The translations under genes and the position numbers were made by a program. A DNA stretch of 64,000 bases from positions 98,188 to 162,187 of the IMG/VR virus record IMGVR_UViG_3300023174_000058. The stretch is one strand, 5' to 3'. The notes below the pieces were generated by a model. The model had not been told where the DNA came from. It saw only the letters and a program-made list of their open reading frames with translations, and ran no database searches. The DNA is from a virus. Position 1 is the stretch's first letter; each line of letters begins with the position of its first letter. This document shows positions 1 through 11,691 of this stretch, piece after piece.

Positions 1-330
1 ATCGATTATACAATTTTAGTTGATCCAAACTTCAATAAATTGGATGTATATAATTTAGTTCAAAAACAATTACAATTTGTGTTTTCTTCAAAGCCACAGA
101 TTGGAGAATCTTTTAATAAATTAGATATTTATAGAGAAATTCAAAAAATTGAAGGCGTTTTAGATATAAAAGATATAAATATACGTAATATTACAGATTC
201 TGGGTATTCACAAACCACTTTTAATATAGAAGAAAATACAACTGAAGATGGCAATGTTATTTTAATGCCACGAAATGCTATATACGAAGTAAGATTTCCT
301 ACAATTGACATAGCAGGGAAAGCTATTTAA
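1..330 (+). CDS. Baseplate wedge subunit (T4 gp6-like), C-terminal fragment, 5'-truncated by the window
   Basis: Frame is open from base 1. It ends with IGE..(I)..IEGV.D and YEVRFP.IDI.G motifs typical of gp6/baseplate-J C-termini, and its stop overlaps the next ATG (TAATG). Confidence 0.6.
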   Translation: MDYTILVDPNFNKLDVYNLVQKQLQFVFSSKPQIGESFNKLDIYREIQKIEGVLDIKDINIRNITDSGYSQTTFNIEENTTEDGNVILMPRNAIYEVRFPTIDIAGKAI

Positions 331-1739
331 TGCCAATTACAAAATATACTGCTTCGGCAGACACAACAATAGTTAATGCTTATTATCCTGATAGTTTAAA
401 TAGGGCTATATATGCAAACTTAGGAGCAGCCGACTCTTTAGAGGTATTTTCTATTTATATTTCTGGCACTGAAACACAAAAAGCAAGAACTCTTGTTCAA
501 TTCCCAATTAGTGCCATATCATCAAGTAGAGTAGCCGGTTCAATACCAAGTTCAGGTAGTGTTAATTTTTATCTAAAGTTATTTAACGTAGAGCATCCTG
601 AGACTTTACCTAAAAAATATTATGTTTCAGTAGATCCAATAACTGGTTCTTGGGATGAAGGATTCGGTTTAGATCTTGAAAACTATAGCGACAAAGGTCA
701 AAGCGGCTCTATTGGCTATGGCTCCAACTGGAAATATAGATCGACAACTAATTCACCATATGTATGGGCAAGCGAAGGCGGTGATGTTGTTTCTGGCTAT
801 AACAAAACCTTTTATTTTGATGAAGGTACCGAAGATTTAGACGTAAACATAACAGATATTGTTGAAGCTCAAATAAACGGCGTAATACCAAACAATGGCT
901 TTATGATTAAACTATCTGGTGCATATGAGGATGGTACAAACGCTACAACATATTATACAAAAAGATTCTCAGCAAGAAGCTCAGAATACTTTTATAAAGT
1001 ACCAGTCATTGAAGCACGCTGGGAATCTGTTATAAAAGATGATAGAAATAACTTTTACTATGCAACGCCAAACTTAAGTTCAACCGATAATAATCAAAGC
1101 GTATATTTTTATAATAAAGTTAATGGTATTTTAAAAGATATCCCAAGCTCAGTTGTTCCATTGGTTAATGTATATAATGAATCAGGAAATTTATTAACCG
1201 GTTCCATACAGTCGGTAAAAGTCTCAACTGGTACTTACAAAGCAACGATAAACATTACTGGGAGCTCAGAAGAATTACTACAAGATGTATGGTTTTCCGG
1301 TAGTAATGCGTATTTTACGGGTTCTATTGATGCTAAGATTAGACAATTTGATGATTCAGCGATCCAGCCAGAATATATATTTGCTGTTACCAATTTAAAA
1401 AGCGTATATAGCTCTGAAGAAAAGCCAGCGATAAGAATCTTTGGAAGACAAAGAGATTGGTCGCCTAATATATATAAAGTTGCCTCTAAAGAAATTAATA
1501 CCTTAACTTTTAATAATTTATATTATAAAATAATAAGAATAGTTGATAACTCCACAATTATTGATTATGGCATTGAGCCAATTGCTTACACCTTATGTTC
1601 TTATGATAAAAATGGTAATTATTTCGAGTTAGATATGTCAATGTTAGAACCGGGATACGCATACGGTATTAAGCTAATGTTATTAAATGGCGAGTTAAAG
1701 ACAGAATTTAAAGATATATTTAGATTTAAGGTTCAATAA
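330..1739 (+). CDS. Baseplate-associated virion protein with DNRLRE-like domain
   Basis: 469 aa with ASADTTI..N.GAADSLEV..RTLVQF..NNGFMIKL..F.AR..P.IEARW pattern; baseplate gene context. Confidence 0.5.
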   Translation: MPITKYTASADTTIVNAYYPDSLNRAIYANLGAADSLEVFSIYISGTETQKARTLVQFPISAISSSRVAGSIPSSGSVNFYLKLFNVEHPETLPKKYYVSVDPITGSWDEGFGLDLENYSDKGQSGSIGYGSNWKYRSTTNSPYVWASEGGDVVSGYNKTFYFDEGTEDLDVNITDIVEAQINGVIPNNGFMIKLSGAYEDGTNATTYYTKRFSARSSEYFYKVPVIEARWESVIKDDRNNFYYATPNLSSTDNNQSVYFYNKVNGILKDIPSSVVPLVNVYNESGNLLTGSIQSVKVSTGTYKATINITGSSEELLQDVWFSGSNAYFTGSIDAKIRQFDDSAIQPEYIFAVTNLKSVYSSEEKPAIRIFGRQRDWSPNIYKVASKEINTLTFNNLYYKIIRIVDNSTIIDYGIEPIAYTLCSYDKNGNYFELDMSMLEPGYAYGIKLMLLNGELKTEFKDIFRFKVQ

Positions 1740-4153
1740 TGGCAAGCACAATAGATATTTTTAATTCCGCTAAGATAGATCAGGCTAAATTAACTGGTAG
1801 CCAAGGTTTTTATAATAATATAGGTGAAATAACTGAATCAGCCAAACTGCAAGACAAATTTATTTCTAACGTAGACTACTCTGATCCGGCTAATTTTGCT
1901 AGATTTGGCTCCGCTGAAGAATATTATAAAAATGCAATTACATATATTGCGACAGATTATCCATACGATTCATCTTTTTATGAAAAAACAAAGTGGATAA
2001 ACAATTTAAATGAATTAGAATACTATATTTTTAAAGAAGAATTCCCTAAATATAAAGGTTACGTTGAACTAAGCTCATCTCAATATATTGGAACATTTTC
2101 TCCATCAAGAGACATCCCAGATACTGACACAAAAAGCATTTATGTTAACGGAGAAAGATACTTTGTTAACGAATCATTAAACTTTAGTGATGGCTTTACG
2201 TTTGAAAGCTGGTTGAAATTTGATAACGTAACAAACACTCCAAACATTCTAACAATTAATACTGTTGTTTCTGGCGGTTCTGGCATTAATAACGTTGTTT
2301 TGCTTAAAGTATTTGCTAGCGCCAGTAATCTTTATGTTTCCGGTAACATTTCTCAGACTAATTTTTCATATAATTTACAAAATGGCAGCTGGAATCATTA
2401 TGCAATTTCATTTAATGCAAACAGTTGTTCATTATATGTAGATGGGGAACGCACACAGCAAATACAAACAGACACTTTATTAAATACTGGTAGTTCCTAT
2501 GTTTTTTATAGAGCTGGTTTAGTCCCTACAACTCAAACTTCAAGCTATTCCTCACTTGGGACATACATAACTTCCTCAGTATTTACTTTAGGAAGTGGGT
2601 CATTGTTATCATTAGATGAAACAAGATTCTGGAATAAGGAAAGAACTCTTGAAAACGTAGGCCGTTACTGGTTTACGGCTGTTGATGGAAATGATTTTTC
2701 GGATCCAAATACAAGTAATCTTATCCTTTATTATAAATACAATGAAGGCTGGGATGATGTAAATGGAAGCATTTGCTTAGATTATTCCGGTTTTAAGAAA
2801 GATGCAATCATTTATAATTATAATTTATACGATTGTAGAAAAAGCGGATCAGCAATAGATGATTCTGGTTTGATTGAAGATTTAGAGCCTTCAAGTATTA
2901 TCTATGCGCCTGCTATAAGTTATTCAACAGCATCACTAGAAGCGTTTTATGATCAAAAAGTACAATCTGGTACTGATTATGATGAGTTAAATGGCAACGC
3001 TTTATATAAAAAGTTTCCATCTTGGATACTTGAAGAAGAACAATTAAACGAGACAAAGCACTTAAAGCAAGTTATACAGATAGTTTCTTCATATTTTGAT
3101 GATTTATACAATAAAATATCAGAAATATCTAACTATAAGCATCAGCAAATAACAACAGATGTTAATAAGCTGTATCCATTTTATGATAAAATATTAACTT
3201 CAACTGGATTTGATGTAACGGAACTATTTAACAACTTAGATATTATTGAAAAGATCTCATCAAGATCGGAAAATAATATTTTTGATCAAGATATTCAAAA
3301 GATAAAAAATAGTATATTCCAAAATATATATAACAATTTATCCTTCATACTAAAGTCAAAAGGAACTGAGAAATCTATTAAAAGTTTTCTTAGAAGTTAT
3401 GGCATAAATGAAAACTTGGTTCGTGTTAATCTTTATGCCGATAAATCAAATTACGTTATTAACGATAAATACGTTGAAACAACAGTAAAAAAGAAAACAA
3501 TAACTCTTACAGATAACAAGAATATATTTTTATCTGGTACTGCCGTTGACGCACCAGTAAGCGGCAACTATTTAACGCTTGAAACTTCTGTTATATTTCC
3601 AAAAATACTTTTGTCAAATGCCCCAGCAACAGCATCCATACTTGGGTACTATATTGCCAACAATTCAACAACATTTGCTACAAGTAGTACAAAGCATAGA
3701 GCGCTTATAACAGCAGAAACAGATCAATATGGATCTACTATTTGTTTTTATACAGGTTCAAATGGTACTTCGAATTTTAATTTAGTTGCCTCATCGTCAA
3801 AGATTCCAAATTTATATGATGATACTGTATGGAATTTCGCTATAGGGCAAAGACCAGACGTTGACACTACGCTTGGAGTGCCTAGCTACCCGTATAAAAT
3901 AGATTTTAGAGCAGTTAATACTCAAAAAGAGAACACTCCGATCATAACAGCGTCAGTTGGCTCAATATATGCTAGCGGGTTTCTTTCTGACTACGCCAGA
4001 TATTTTATTGGAGCTTTTAATCAAGAAATGACAGGTTCCACGATATATAATTCAAATGCCAAATATTTATATTGTAATTATTGGACAAAGTATTTGAGCG
4101 ACGATGAACTTATTGCGCACAACAAGGACATATTAAGCTATGGCGTTGAATAG
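1739..4153 (+). CDS. Baseplate wedge-like protein with LamG/concanavalin-like domain(s)
   Basis: 804 aa. LamG motifs FTFESWLKF, WNHYAISF, LYVDGE, LDETRFWN; LKSKGTEKSIKSFLRSYG resembles the wedge (gp7/gpI-type) KGT motif. Confidence 0.6.
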   Translation: MASTIDIFNSAKIDQAKLTGSQGFYNNIGEITESAKLQDKFISNVDYSDPANFARFGSAEEYYKNAITYIATDYPYDSSFYEKTKWINNLNELEYYIFKEEFPKYKGYVELSSSQYIGTFSPSRDIPDTDTKSIYVNGERYFVNESLNFSDGFTFESWLKFDNVTNTPNILTINTVVSGGSGINNVVLLKVFASASNLYVSGNISQTNFSYNLQNGSWNHYAISFNANSCSLYVDGERTQQIQTDTLLNTGSSYVFYRAGLVPTTQTSSYSSLGTYITSSVFTLGSGSLLSLDETRFWNKERTLENVGRYWFTAVDGNDFSDPNTSNLILYYKYNEGWDDVNGSICLDYSGFKKDAIIYNYNLYDCRKSGSAIDDSGLIEDLEPSSIIYAPAISYSTASLEAFYDQKVQSGTDYDELNGNALYKKFPSWILEEEQLNETKHLKQVIQIVSSYFDDLYNKISEISNYKHQQITTDVNKLYPFYDKILTSTGFDVTELFNNLDIIEKISSRSENNIFDQDIQKIKNSIFQNIYNNLSFILKSKGTEKSIKSFLRSYGINENLVRVNLYADKSNYVINDKYVETTVKKKTITLTDNKNIFLSGTAVDAPVSGNYLTLETSVIFPKILLSNAPATASILGYYIANNSTTFATSSTKHRALITAETDQYGSTICFYTGSNGTSNFNLVASSSKIPNLYDDTVWNFAIGQRPDVDTTLGVPSYPYKIDFRAVNTQKENTPIITASVGSIYASGFLSDYARYFIGAFNQEMTGSTIYNSNAKYLYCNYWTKYLSDDELIAHNKDILSYGVE

Positions 4154-7100
4154 TGACTTATTAGTATCATGGAATTTTGAGACTGTTACCGGATCAAATA
4201 GTAGTGGTCAATTTGAAGTTGCTGACGTGTCAACCACATATAGTGGTATAGGTACCGGCTTCGACGCCAATTCGCAAAATTTTATATTAAAAGAAGATAT
4301 ATTAACTGGTAAAAAACAACATTTTGAAACTCTTGAGGGATCTGACACAATACAGATTGTGGACTTTGATGACGAAAGAACCTCACAAATAAATAAACCA
4401 AGCTCAGTTAGACTAGCGATTGAAAACAGCATGTATCAAATCGTTTCTGACGAGATGATGAACCTTTTTACCACAGTAAATTCGTATGCTTTCAAGTTTT
4501 CTGTACCAGATAACAAATATCAACCAGAATACGATAAGCTTATTGAATTAAGAAAAGGCTTTTTTGAAAACATAGATGGCAAACCAGATTTAGAAAGATA
4601 TATTGAATTTTATAAATGGATCGATTCCTCACTAGGTGCGCTATTAGACCAATTAAAACCAGAAAATTCATCAGATATATCTGGATTAAAGGTAACTGTC
4701 GAAAGCCATATTTTAGAAAGAAACAAATATCAGCATCAATTACCTGTTACTATCGAGCCAAATAAAATTTTTTCTTCTGGAATTCAAGTAATAAAATCAA
4801 ATGCTACAACTAGCTCAAATAAACAGGATTATTTAACTACTTCTGCCGATAATATTGCGGTTGATAATGATAAAGTTATCTCTGTTGGAAATATTTTAAA
4901 CAAAAACTACTCCAGTAATACAGAAATTATTCAAACTGCTGGTAAGATTCATAATAATCGTGGTACAAAAGAAAATAAAACGGTTATACAAACAAAATTT
5001 AGCGCTGGTGACGGTCTTTCTGAGCAATTTAGAGATTCTTCGGAAGAATTTTCAGTATACAACGATACAAATCAACGCGCATTAAACCTTAGAACTGAAT
5101 TTAATTTGTCCCAATCGCAAGATAGAAGAATAGACCAAGGTACAAGCTCTAATGTTGATTTTGAAGATAATGCGTTTGTGCAGAGAAACGTACCTTATGC
5201 TGCTAGAAATTATGCTCATACTGAATCAATAGATTATACAAGCATACCAAGCGAAGATATTTTACAACTAAGATATAATAATAGACTTATTTATGATCTA
5301 ACAAACGGCAAAGAAGTAATAGAGCCTCCAATTCGATTTGCTGTATCAGCAAAACATAAAGTTAGAATGGTTGGTGCGTTTGAAGATATGGATATTGAAT
5401 CTCCATATTATTCAAAGATTGATACTTTTACACCAAGAACACTAAACGCAACTGGTACTTCTGTTTATTTTGATAGAAGTGAGTTTGGTAGATTAGACGA
5501 CGCTGATACATTTTATAAAAAAATTGATGGAGCTTCTACAAGCTCTATTGATATTAAACGTGTGGAAATTTTAGATAACATATTTCCACGTAAAGATATG
5601 ATGGGACGCGCAGTAATACGTACTAAGTCAGACTATGAAGAAGAAAAAGGTACGTTTAGCAGCACAGAATTAACTTGGTCACAAAATAGCTATAATAATA
5701 ACAGTGCAGATATTAGAAGTTTTTGGAGAGATAATTATGAAGATCGAAAACGTACAAGAGGAGCAGATAACCCTACAAGTTACACTGGTTCAATAAATGC
5801 TCTTGGAAGTTATAATTTGTCTGAAAGTAATTCATATCAACTTTCAAATCCCTCTAACTATTTGGTATTAACAGGTTCTAACTACTCTGGGACTTGCAAT
5901 TTTACCACAAACATATTTAATAATTATTATGATTTATTATCGACAGTAGAAGCAAGTAGTTCTGTGTCCGACAGGGCTGATCCTAGGATTTATATTGATT
6001 TAAGGTCTTCTGGGATTGGTGATATTTCTGCTTATTCACATGGGGAATTGAGCAAGTTTATAGTCTCTTCTTCTCTTGTCCCAAGAGCAAAACCAACTTT
6101 TATATTTAATAACTTTCCAAGTTATATCTCTGATCGATATTACTATCCCGGCAGTTTTATATTTTCTGCGGGATACTACCCATCGGCTTCATTTGGATTT
6201 AATTTATCTTATCAAACAGGTTTAGACAGTAGAATAAAACCTTTTTATGATTCTTATAAATTATATTTTGAAAATATAAAGGGAAAATCTCATAATAGTT
6301 CCATAATCCCTGAATTTCAAGTTTCAAATTTTGATAAACTGCTTTCACAAGATTTTAACGACCCATATGATAATGGAGAATATCTAAAAATACTAGGTAG
6401 AGAAAATACAGATCAATATTATTCAAATATTTCCGATGCTCTTAATATAGACTTTAACAAATTTTTTGATAAAGACTCAAATAAGATAAAATTTAAATTT
6501 AATGGTATAAAAAAACTATTACCATATAATGGTTTTTATCCACAACAAGCATCTGCAAAGATTGTAAATTTATTTTCTTCTTCTTATTTTTCAGGCTCAT
6601 CATTAGGAGAAGCACAAAAGCAAACACTATTACAACCACTATTCGCCCCCGGTGTATTGTTCAACACAATAAAGGCCGGTATAGCAATGGATTATCCTGT
6701 TTGTATAACTTCAAGCTTAATTACAACAGCTAGTATTTATACCAACGTTTATAATAATACAAATACAGCTTCTTGCGATGAAAATATTAGAGTAATAAAG
6801 TCTGGTTCTATTACAGATAGAGCGGCTTTTGAATCGTTGCTAGACCCAAAGAAATTTTATTTTGACTTATTTAGCGATTCGGATAAAAGACTTATTTATT
6901 TAGATCCGACTCACTATAGCGATATTTTTACATATAATTCAGCTTCAAACGCTATTATTCCTTCGGCTTCTTATGCGGATATACAAGATTCATTTATAAA
7001 CAATAAAGATGATCAGTATAAAGCATATATAAACAACTTTTTATCAGAAATTCCAAATTTTTTCTTAAAAAATAACAATCTAACCTACTTCATATCACGC

Positions 7101-8639
7101 CCAGAAAGTGAATTCCAAACACTAACAAATGGAAAAGAATACTCTTTTAATATTAGAATAAGAAAAAATAATAATTTTTCTATGTTCAAAAGAATTTCTA
7201 GTATTGGCAGTAACGATCTACCAATCGAAAGTATATTTGGACCGCCAACACAAATTAAAAGTTCTGTTGTTAATAAAAACAATTTATTTAATAGAATAAG
7301 TTATTATCCATTTTGTCCTCCATATTTTGCGGATCGTTTTCTCGACATAGCATCAACTAATCCAAGCACAGATGTTTTAGATGTTCCTGTAACAGTATCA
7401 TTTATTGCGAATGACACAAGAAAATATTCGCTTGAAGATATTTTTAGTTCGGTAACATGTAAAACGTACATAGGTCCAGAGTATGGGCCTCCCGCTTATT
7501 ATCCATATTCAAATGGCATTAGGACGCTACTAGAAAATCTTTTAAATTTAAAAAATAAAATAAACTCAAAGCAAATTACTTTCAGCACAACTACTGGTTT
7601 ACCAACTGATACAGTTGATAAAGATGATTTTAGATGGGTAATACAAACAAAGTTTGAAACGCCTCTTATTGATTATGACGATACAACAGAAGCGTCTTCT
7701 TCGGTAGGTTCTGCGCACGTAGGCACATATAGCAGCGCAGGATCCACGAACACTGGGCCTTTGTCTACTGAATTTCGATATAATTTGCTTGAAGGTATAT
7801 GGTCTTCCTATGGAAATGTTCCAAAAGACGGTCAAAGTGTACAGATAATCATAGATGATGATGGAGCCGAAAATTCATTATTAGAAGCAGTAGGATTTAG
7901 ACGAGAATCCAAATCAATCGGTCAGCTAGCGACAAACAAAACAATACAAGAAGCAATTGTTTTAGCGCCTTTTGCTGTTAAAAATGCTGATACAAATATA
8001 TTCACATATAACACAACAGAGGATAAATATTTTATCAAGATCCCAGAATCAACCATAAACAGACTACTAAAAGTCCCAAATTATAGATTGATAGATAGAA
8101 ACAACAATAGGCGTATGGATAAAATAAAAACAATCCTAAACACAAATCTAGAAATTGATAAAAACAATTCTATAGTAGATTTGATGATTAAAATGGTTAA
8201 TTATAATATTCCACCGCATCTAAATTGGCTGTTCGATACTAATATCGAACCATTTGTAATGTATATTGCTGAATTTAATCATGTATTATCCAAACAAGAC
8301 CTAGCGGATATTTGGCAAGGAACAATGCCACAAATTGCTCAAGTTCCAGAAGAACAGCAAGTGACGTTGGAACATTCATTAGGGCCAGATCAGCTATTGG
8401 GGAATCTTGATTTGGGTAAATATGATCTAAAAATGAAAACGTTCAAAATCAAATATAGAGCAAATGGTAGCTATTATGATATGTTAGACGATATCGAAGA
8501 TAATAAAAATTATAAATATGTAAAAAGCGATACATCTATCCCTTGGTATACATATAACTGGCCTTATGATTACTTCTCCCTTGTAGAACTAGTTAATATA
8601 CAAGCGGGCGAAGTATACGAAAAATCAGGTAGCGTATAA
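4140..8639 (+). CDS. Large baseplate/virion structural protein
   Basis: 1499-aa ORF overlapping the upstream gene by 14 nt; VESHILERNKY motif; S/T/N rich; structural context. Confidence 0.5.
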   Translation: MALNSDLLVSWNFETVTGSNSSGQFEVADVSTTYSGIGTGFDANSQNFILKEDILTGKKQHFETLEGSDTIQIVDFDDERTSQINKPSSVRLAIENSMYQIVSDEMMNLFTTVNSYAFKFSVPDNKYQPEYDKLIELRKGFFENIDGKPDLERYIEFYKWIDSSLGALLDQLKPENSSDISGLKVTVESHILERNKYQHQLPVTIEPNKIFSSGIQVIKSNATTSSNKQDYLTTSADNIAVDNDKVISVGNILNKNYSSNTEIIQTAGKIHNNRGTKENKTVIQTKFSAGDGLSEQFRDSSEEFSVYNDTNQRALNLRTEFNLSQSQDRRIDQGTSSNVDFEDNAFVQRNVPYAARNYAHTESIDYTSIPSEDILQLRYNNRLIYDLTNGKEVIEPPIRFAVSAKHKVRMVGAFEDMDIESPYYSKIDTFTPRTLNATGTSVYFDRSEFGRLDDADTFYKKIDGASTSSIDIKRVEILDNIFPRKDMMGRAVIRTKSDYEEEKGTFSSTELTWSQNSYNNNSADIRSFWRDNYEDRKRTRGADNPTSYTGSINALGSYNLSESNSYQLSNPSNYLVLTGSNYSGTCNFTTNIFNNYYDLLSTVEASSSVSDRADPRIYIDLRSSGIGDISAYSHGELSKFIVSSSLVPRAKPTFIFNNFPSYISDRYYYPGSFIFSAGYYPSASFGFNLSYQTGLDSRIKPFYDSYKLYFENIKGKSHNSSIIPEFQVSNFDKLLSQDFNDPYDNGEYLKILGRENTDQYYSNISDALNIDFNKFFDKDSNKIKFKFNGIKKLLPYNGFYPQQASAKIVNLFSSSYFSGSSLGEAQKQTLLQPLFAPGVLFNTIKAGIAMDYPVCITSSLITTASIYTNVYNNTNTASCDENIRVIKSGSITDRAAFESLLDPKKFYFDLFSDSDKRLIYLDPTHYSDIFTYNSASNAIIPSASYADIQDSFINNKDDQYKAYINNFLSEIPNFFLKNNNLTYFISRPESEFQTLTNGKEYSFNIRIRKNNNFSMFKRISSIGSNDLPIESIFGPPTQIKSSVVNKNNLFNRISYYPFCPPYFADRFLDIASTNPSTDVLDVPVTVSFIANDTRKYSLEDIFSSVTCKTYIGPEYGPPAYYPYSNGIRTLLENLLNLKNKINSKQITFSTTTGLPTDTVDKDDFRWVIQTKFETPLIDYDDTTEASSSVGSAHVGTYSSAGSTNTGPLSTEFRYNLLEGIWSSYGNVPKDGQSVQIIIDDDGAENSLLEAVGFRRESKSIGQLATNKTIQEAIVLAPFAVKNADTNIFTYNTTEDKYFIKIPESTINRLLKVPNYRLIDRNNNRRMDKIKTILNTNLEIDKNNSIVDLMIKMVNYNIPPHLNWLFDTNIEPFVMYIAEFNHVLSKQDLADIWQGTMPQIAQVPEEQQVTLEHSLGPDQLLGNLDLGKYDLKMKTFKIKYRANGSYYDMLDDIEDNKNYKYVKSDTSIPWYTYNWPYDYFSLVELVNIQAGEVYEKSGSV

Positions 8640-9472
8640 TGGCAGCATTTTTAGATCAAAAAGAGGAAGTTTTATCAGTTGAGCTTACAAAACACGGCAG
8701 AAAGTTGCTTGGTTTGGGCCAACTTGAACCAGAATTTTTTTCTTTTTTTGATGATTCTGTTATTTATGACGCAAATTATGGCGATTTAACCGAACAACAA
8801 AACGAAATTCAAAACCGTCTTTTAAACGAAGATCTAACTTTACGCGCATTAAATGTTACTGACGACATACAACTAGCCCCACTGGGGCGTTCAAGTCCGT
8901 CCTCAGATTATGCACCAGCTTGGAATCTAAAAGTGTTAAATGGTTCTATAGATTCTTACAACTCTTCTAGTTCAAACTATCTTCAAAAAGAGTTTGATAT
9001 GAAGGATATAACATATACCGTTTCTCTTGAAAAAACAAACGTATCAAATATTCCAAATTTTAATCTCTCATCGTTTGAGCTAGAGGACGGAAGAATTGTA
9101 AAAGTTGATGATGATTATATCTTACTAGAATTAATAGAAGAGAACGTGGAAGATGAATTTCAAAACTTTACAATAGAACTTTTCACATATGATGAGTTGG
9201 CTGGCGGTAAAAACGGAGGTTTGGAGCGCCAGTTAATGTTTTTGCCAAAACAGACCAACATAATTGATGGTATCATTTATGATGAAAGCGAGCTTCCAAA
9301 TAGATTCGCAGATATAAAATTAACAAAAAATGATGCAGAATTCTATTTAGATGTGCTTGTAGATAATGAGATAGATCAAGCGATCATTACAAAAGCCGCT
9401 AAAGCCGTCAACGAAGTTGTTAAAGCAACCTACACCACTACGTTTGAAGGCCCAACAGGATCAGACTGCTAA
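8639..9472 (+). CDS. Virion structural protein, N-terminal paralog of 13919..14845
   Basis: N-terminus MAAFL..LTKHGRKLL..G..F.FFDD..Y matches the 13919 ORF. Confidence 0.5.
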   Translation: MAAFLDQKEEVLSVELTKHGRKLLGLGQLEPEFFSFFDDSVIYDANYGDLTEQQNEIQNRLLNEDLTLRALNVTDDIQLAPLGRSSPSSDYAPAWNLKVLNGSIDSYNSSSSNYLQKEFDMKDITYTVSLEKTNVSNIPNFNLSSFELEDGRIVKVDDDYILLELIEENVEDEFQNFTIELFTYDELAGGKNGGLERQLMFLPKQTNIIDGIIYDESELPNRFADIKLTKNDAEFYLDVLVDNEIDQAIITKAAKAVNEVVKATYTTTFEGPTGSDC

Positions 9473-11691
9473 TGTTTACAGTTGCTACAATTAACGACTC
9501 ATCGCAAAATTTAATAGCACCATCTGTATACATTGATGGTGTTGAAAAAGAAAACAATACTTACAAAATACACTATTCTCTTGTTGATAACAATAATTCT
9601 TGGATGAACAATGAAGATATTTTAAGTAATCTAAGCGTGTATATAAGCGATGGTATTTCTACAGAAAAAAGACTTTTAAATACAACAATTGCCGCAAATC
9701 AAATAAAAAATAATACTGTAAAAGATTACGCTATTCTATTCAACACTGCTTCAACCGTAACTATAACCGCTTGGAGCGGAAATGAAAATATAAGCAGCAG
9801 CGTAGTCACGCAGTCTGTATTACTTCAATCTAATATTGTAAAGGCATCATATAACGGCGTAACGTATGATTATGTAAATAAAATAAAAGATTTTGATATT
9901 CTAAACTTTATAAATACAATAAACTTAAATACAGGTTCGCAAGTAACTTCAAGCACACCACTAGAAAGCGAGCTATTGATATCTTATAATCCAATTAAAA
10001 AAGCTTCACTTGGTTTTATAATAAATTTAGAAAAGCTATTTACACAAAAATCATCATTTTATAATATTTTAAAAGGTAACGAAAATTATAAAAAGTTAAT
10101 TTTAACAAATTCTAAAATTAATGATAATTTAAGCTATTTTTCGAAGAAAAACTTAACAAAAAAAGCAAAAGACTATACAAAAATAGCCAACCCTATTTCA
10201 GCAAGTATAATAGATGCACAAACGTTTTTATATTATGTTGGCGTCGTTGATGATAACACGCAAATAGACGACAAAAGCTATTATGATATTAGCGCGCATA
10301 TAGAATTTAATGATTTTTCAAATGAATTTATTGGTGATAATATTAGAGAAAGTTTAAAGCAAGCGCAATCATTTTTAGAAAAATACAAAAATAGCTTTAT
10401 AATATCTTGGAATGATACTTCAATAAATGATCCAAATACTTTTGTATTTGAAAATTATTACGAGCAATATACCAAAAATATAGAATCATATATTAATGAT
10501 TTATCACCTCTATGTGCGTTGTTGTCTGGTCTTAGTACACAGAAGTTTGCTAGTTTATTTATGTCACTTTTGCACCCGCTAATGACAACACCAGAATTAT
10601 TAAATAAACTAACTGATTTTACTACGAAATTACAAGACACGATTGAATCTATATCTTCTTTGACGGCAAGAGGCGATGCAATTACAAAAAGTAATGTTAT
10701 ATATGATAAGATTTTTGGTAATTCGGAAGAAAATATCTTTTCTGCTGATTTAAATTATGATTATGACGCTAACACAGGCATTGAATTGCTATCTGCTGAT
10801 AGTGTTTCTGATAGAGCAAAAGAAACAATAACGCCGTTAAAAGAGCTAACGCAAACTGATTTTGAAAGCAGAAAAATATTAGAAGCACGAAAATATTTTA
10901 GTAACCCAAGCGTTTCAACAATTAATCAGATAAATCTATTTTCAATAGCAAGTTTTGACATAAAAGGTACATCATTTCAATCTCTTATTGGATTAACGCA
11001 GACAGATGTTTCCCCATATAATGATGTTTACTTATCAATAAAAGAATATAATGATTTTAATTTTAGCTATAAAAAACCAGAAACTTATTTCTTTCAAATT
11101 TCAAAAGATGGCATAAACATAAAAACATTATCTAACAGAGACAATAAATCTATTAATTCCTTGCAGAAGAGTACATTATTTGATTCAAACCGAGATACAA
11201 AACAATCTTCGCTTAAGTTTATGACTGATACAAACATTAAAAGCCTTTATTATGTATTAGATAATGAAATATTTATTTCTCTTGAAAACATAAAAGATAC
11301 ACAGCACTATAGAGCAGCCAATAACGATGGCACAGGCGAAGCCTCAGTGTTTAAGTACGCAGAATCTTATTTAGAAAATCCTGACTTAAAAGCAAAGACT
11401 TTCATATATTATAATAATCTTTTTAGTATAACAAGCCTAACGGAAGCGAATACAACAGATTTAGACATTTATGAGCTACAAGATAATAAAACTAGCTGTG
11501 TTTCAGATCTTTTTACTAAAAAATTAAGACAATTTAATCGTTTTTTTGCCGTTCGTAAAGCCACTACTAAGCCAACGTACGTATTACCTGTATTAAATTT
11601 ACAAAATGATATTAAATTAAATGTTCCCGCTATTTATCTTAGCAGAAGCACAACGCCAGCAAAAATTAATATATCAACATCTGAATTATAA
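9472..11691 (+). CDS. Hypothetical virion protein
   Basis: 739-aa ORF with TAATG coupling on both sides; no recognised motif. Confidence 0.4.
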   Translation: MFTVATINDSSQNLIAPSVYIDGVEKENNTYKIHYSLVDNNNSWMNNEDILSNLSVYISDGISTEKRLLNTTIAANQIKNNTVKDYAILFNTASTVTITAWSGNENISSSVVTQSVLLQSNIVKASYNGVTYDYVNKIKDFDILNFINTINLNTGSQVTSSTPLESELLISYNPIKKASLGFIINLEKLFTQKSSFYNILKGNENYKKLILTNSKINDNLSYFSKKNLTKKAKDYTKIANPISASIIDAQTFLYYVGVVDDNTQIDDKSYYDISAHIEFNDFSNEFIGDNIRESLKQAQSFLEKYKNSFIISWNDTSINDPNTFVFENYYEQYTKNIESYINDLSPLCALLSGLSTQKFASLFMSLLHPLMTTPELLNKLTDFTTKLQDTIESISSLTARGDAITKSNVIYDKIFGNSEENIFSADLNYDYDANTGIELLSADSVSDRAKETITPLKELTQTDFESRKILEARKYFSNPSVSTINQINLFSIASFDIKGTSFQSLIGLTQTDVSPYNDVYLSIKEYNDFNFSYKKPETYFFQISKDGINIKTLSNRDNKSINSLQKSTLFDSNRDTKQSSLKFMTDTNIKSLYYVLDNEIFISLENIKDTQHYRAANNDGTGEASVFKYAESYLENPDLKAKTFIYYNNLFSITSLTEANTTDLDIYELQDNKTSCVSDLFTKKLRQFNRFFAVRKATTKPTYVLPVLNLQNDIKLNVPAIYLSRSTTPAKINISTSEL

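Noticed and set aside
4140-4153. Frameshift fusion of the 1739 and 4140 ORFs
   Set aside because: The 14-nt overlap has an ATG and no slippery sequence; ordinary translational coupling suffices.
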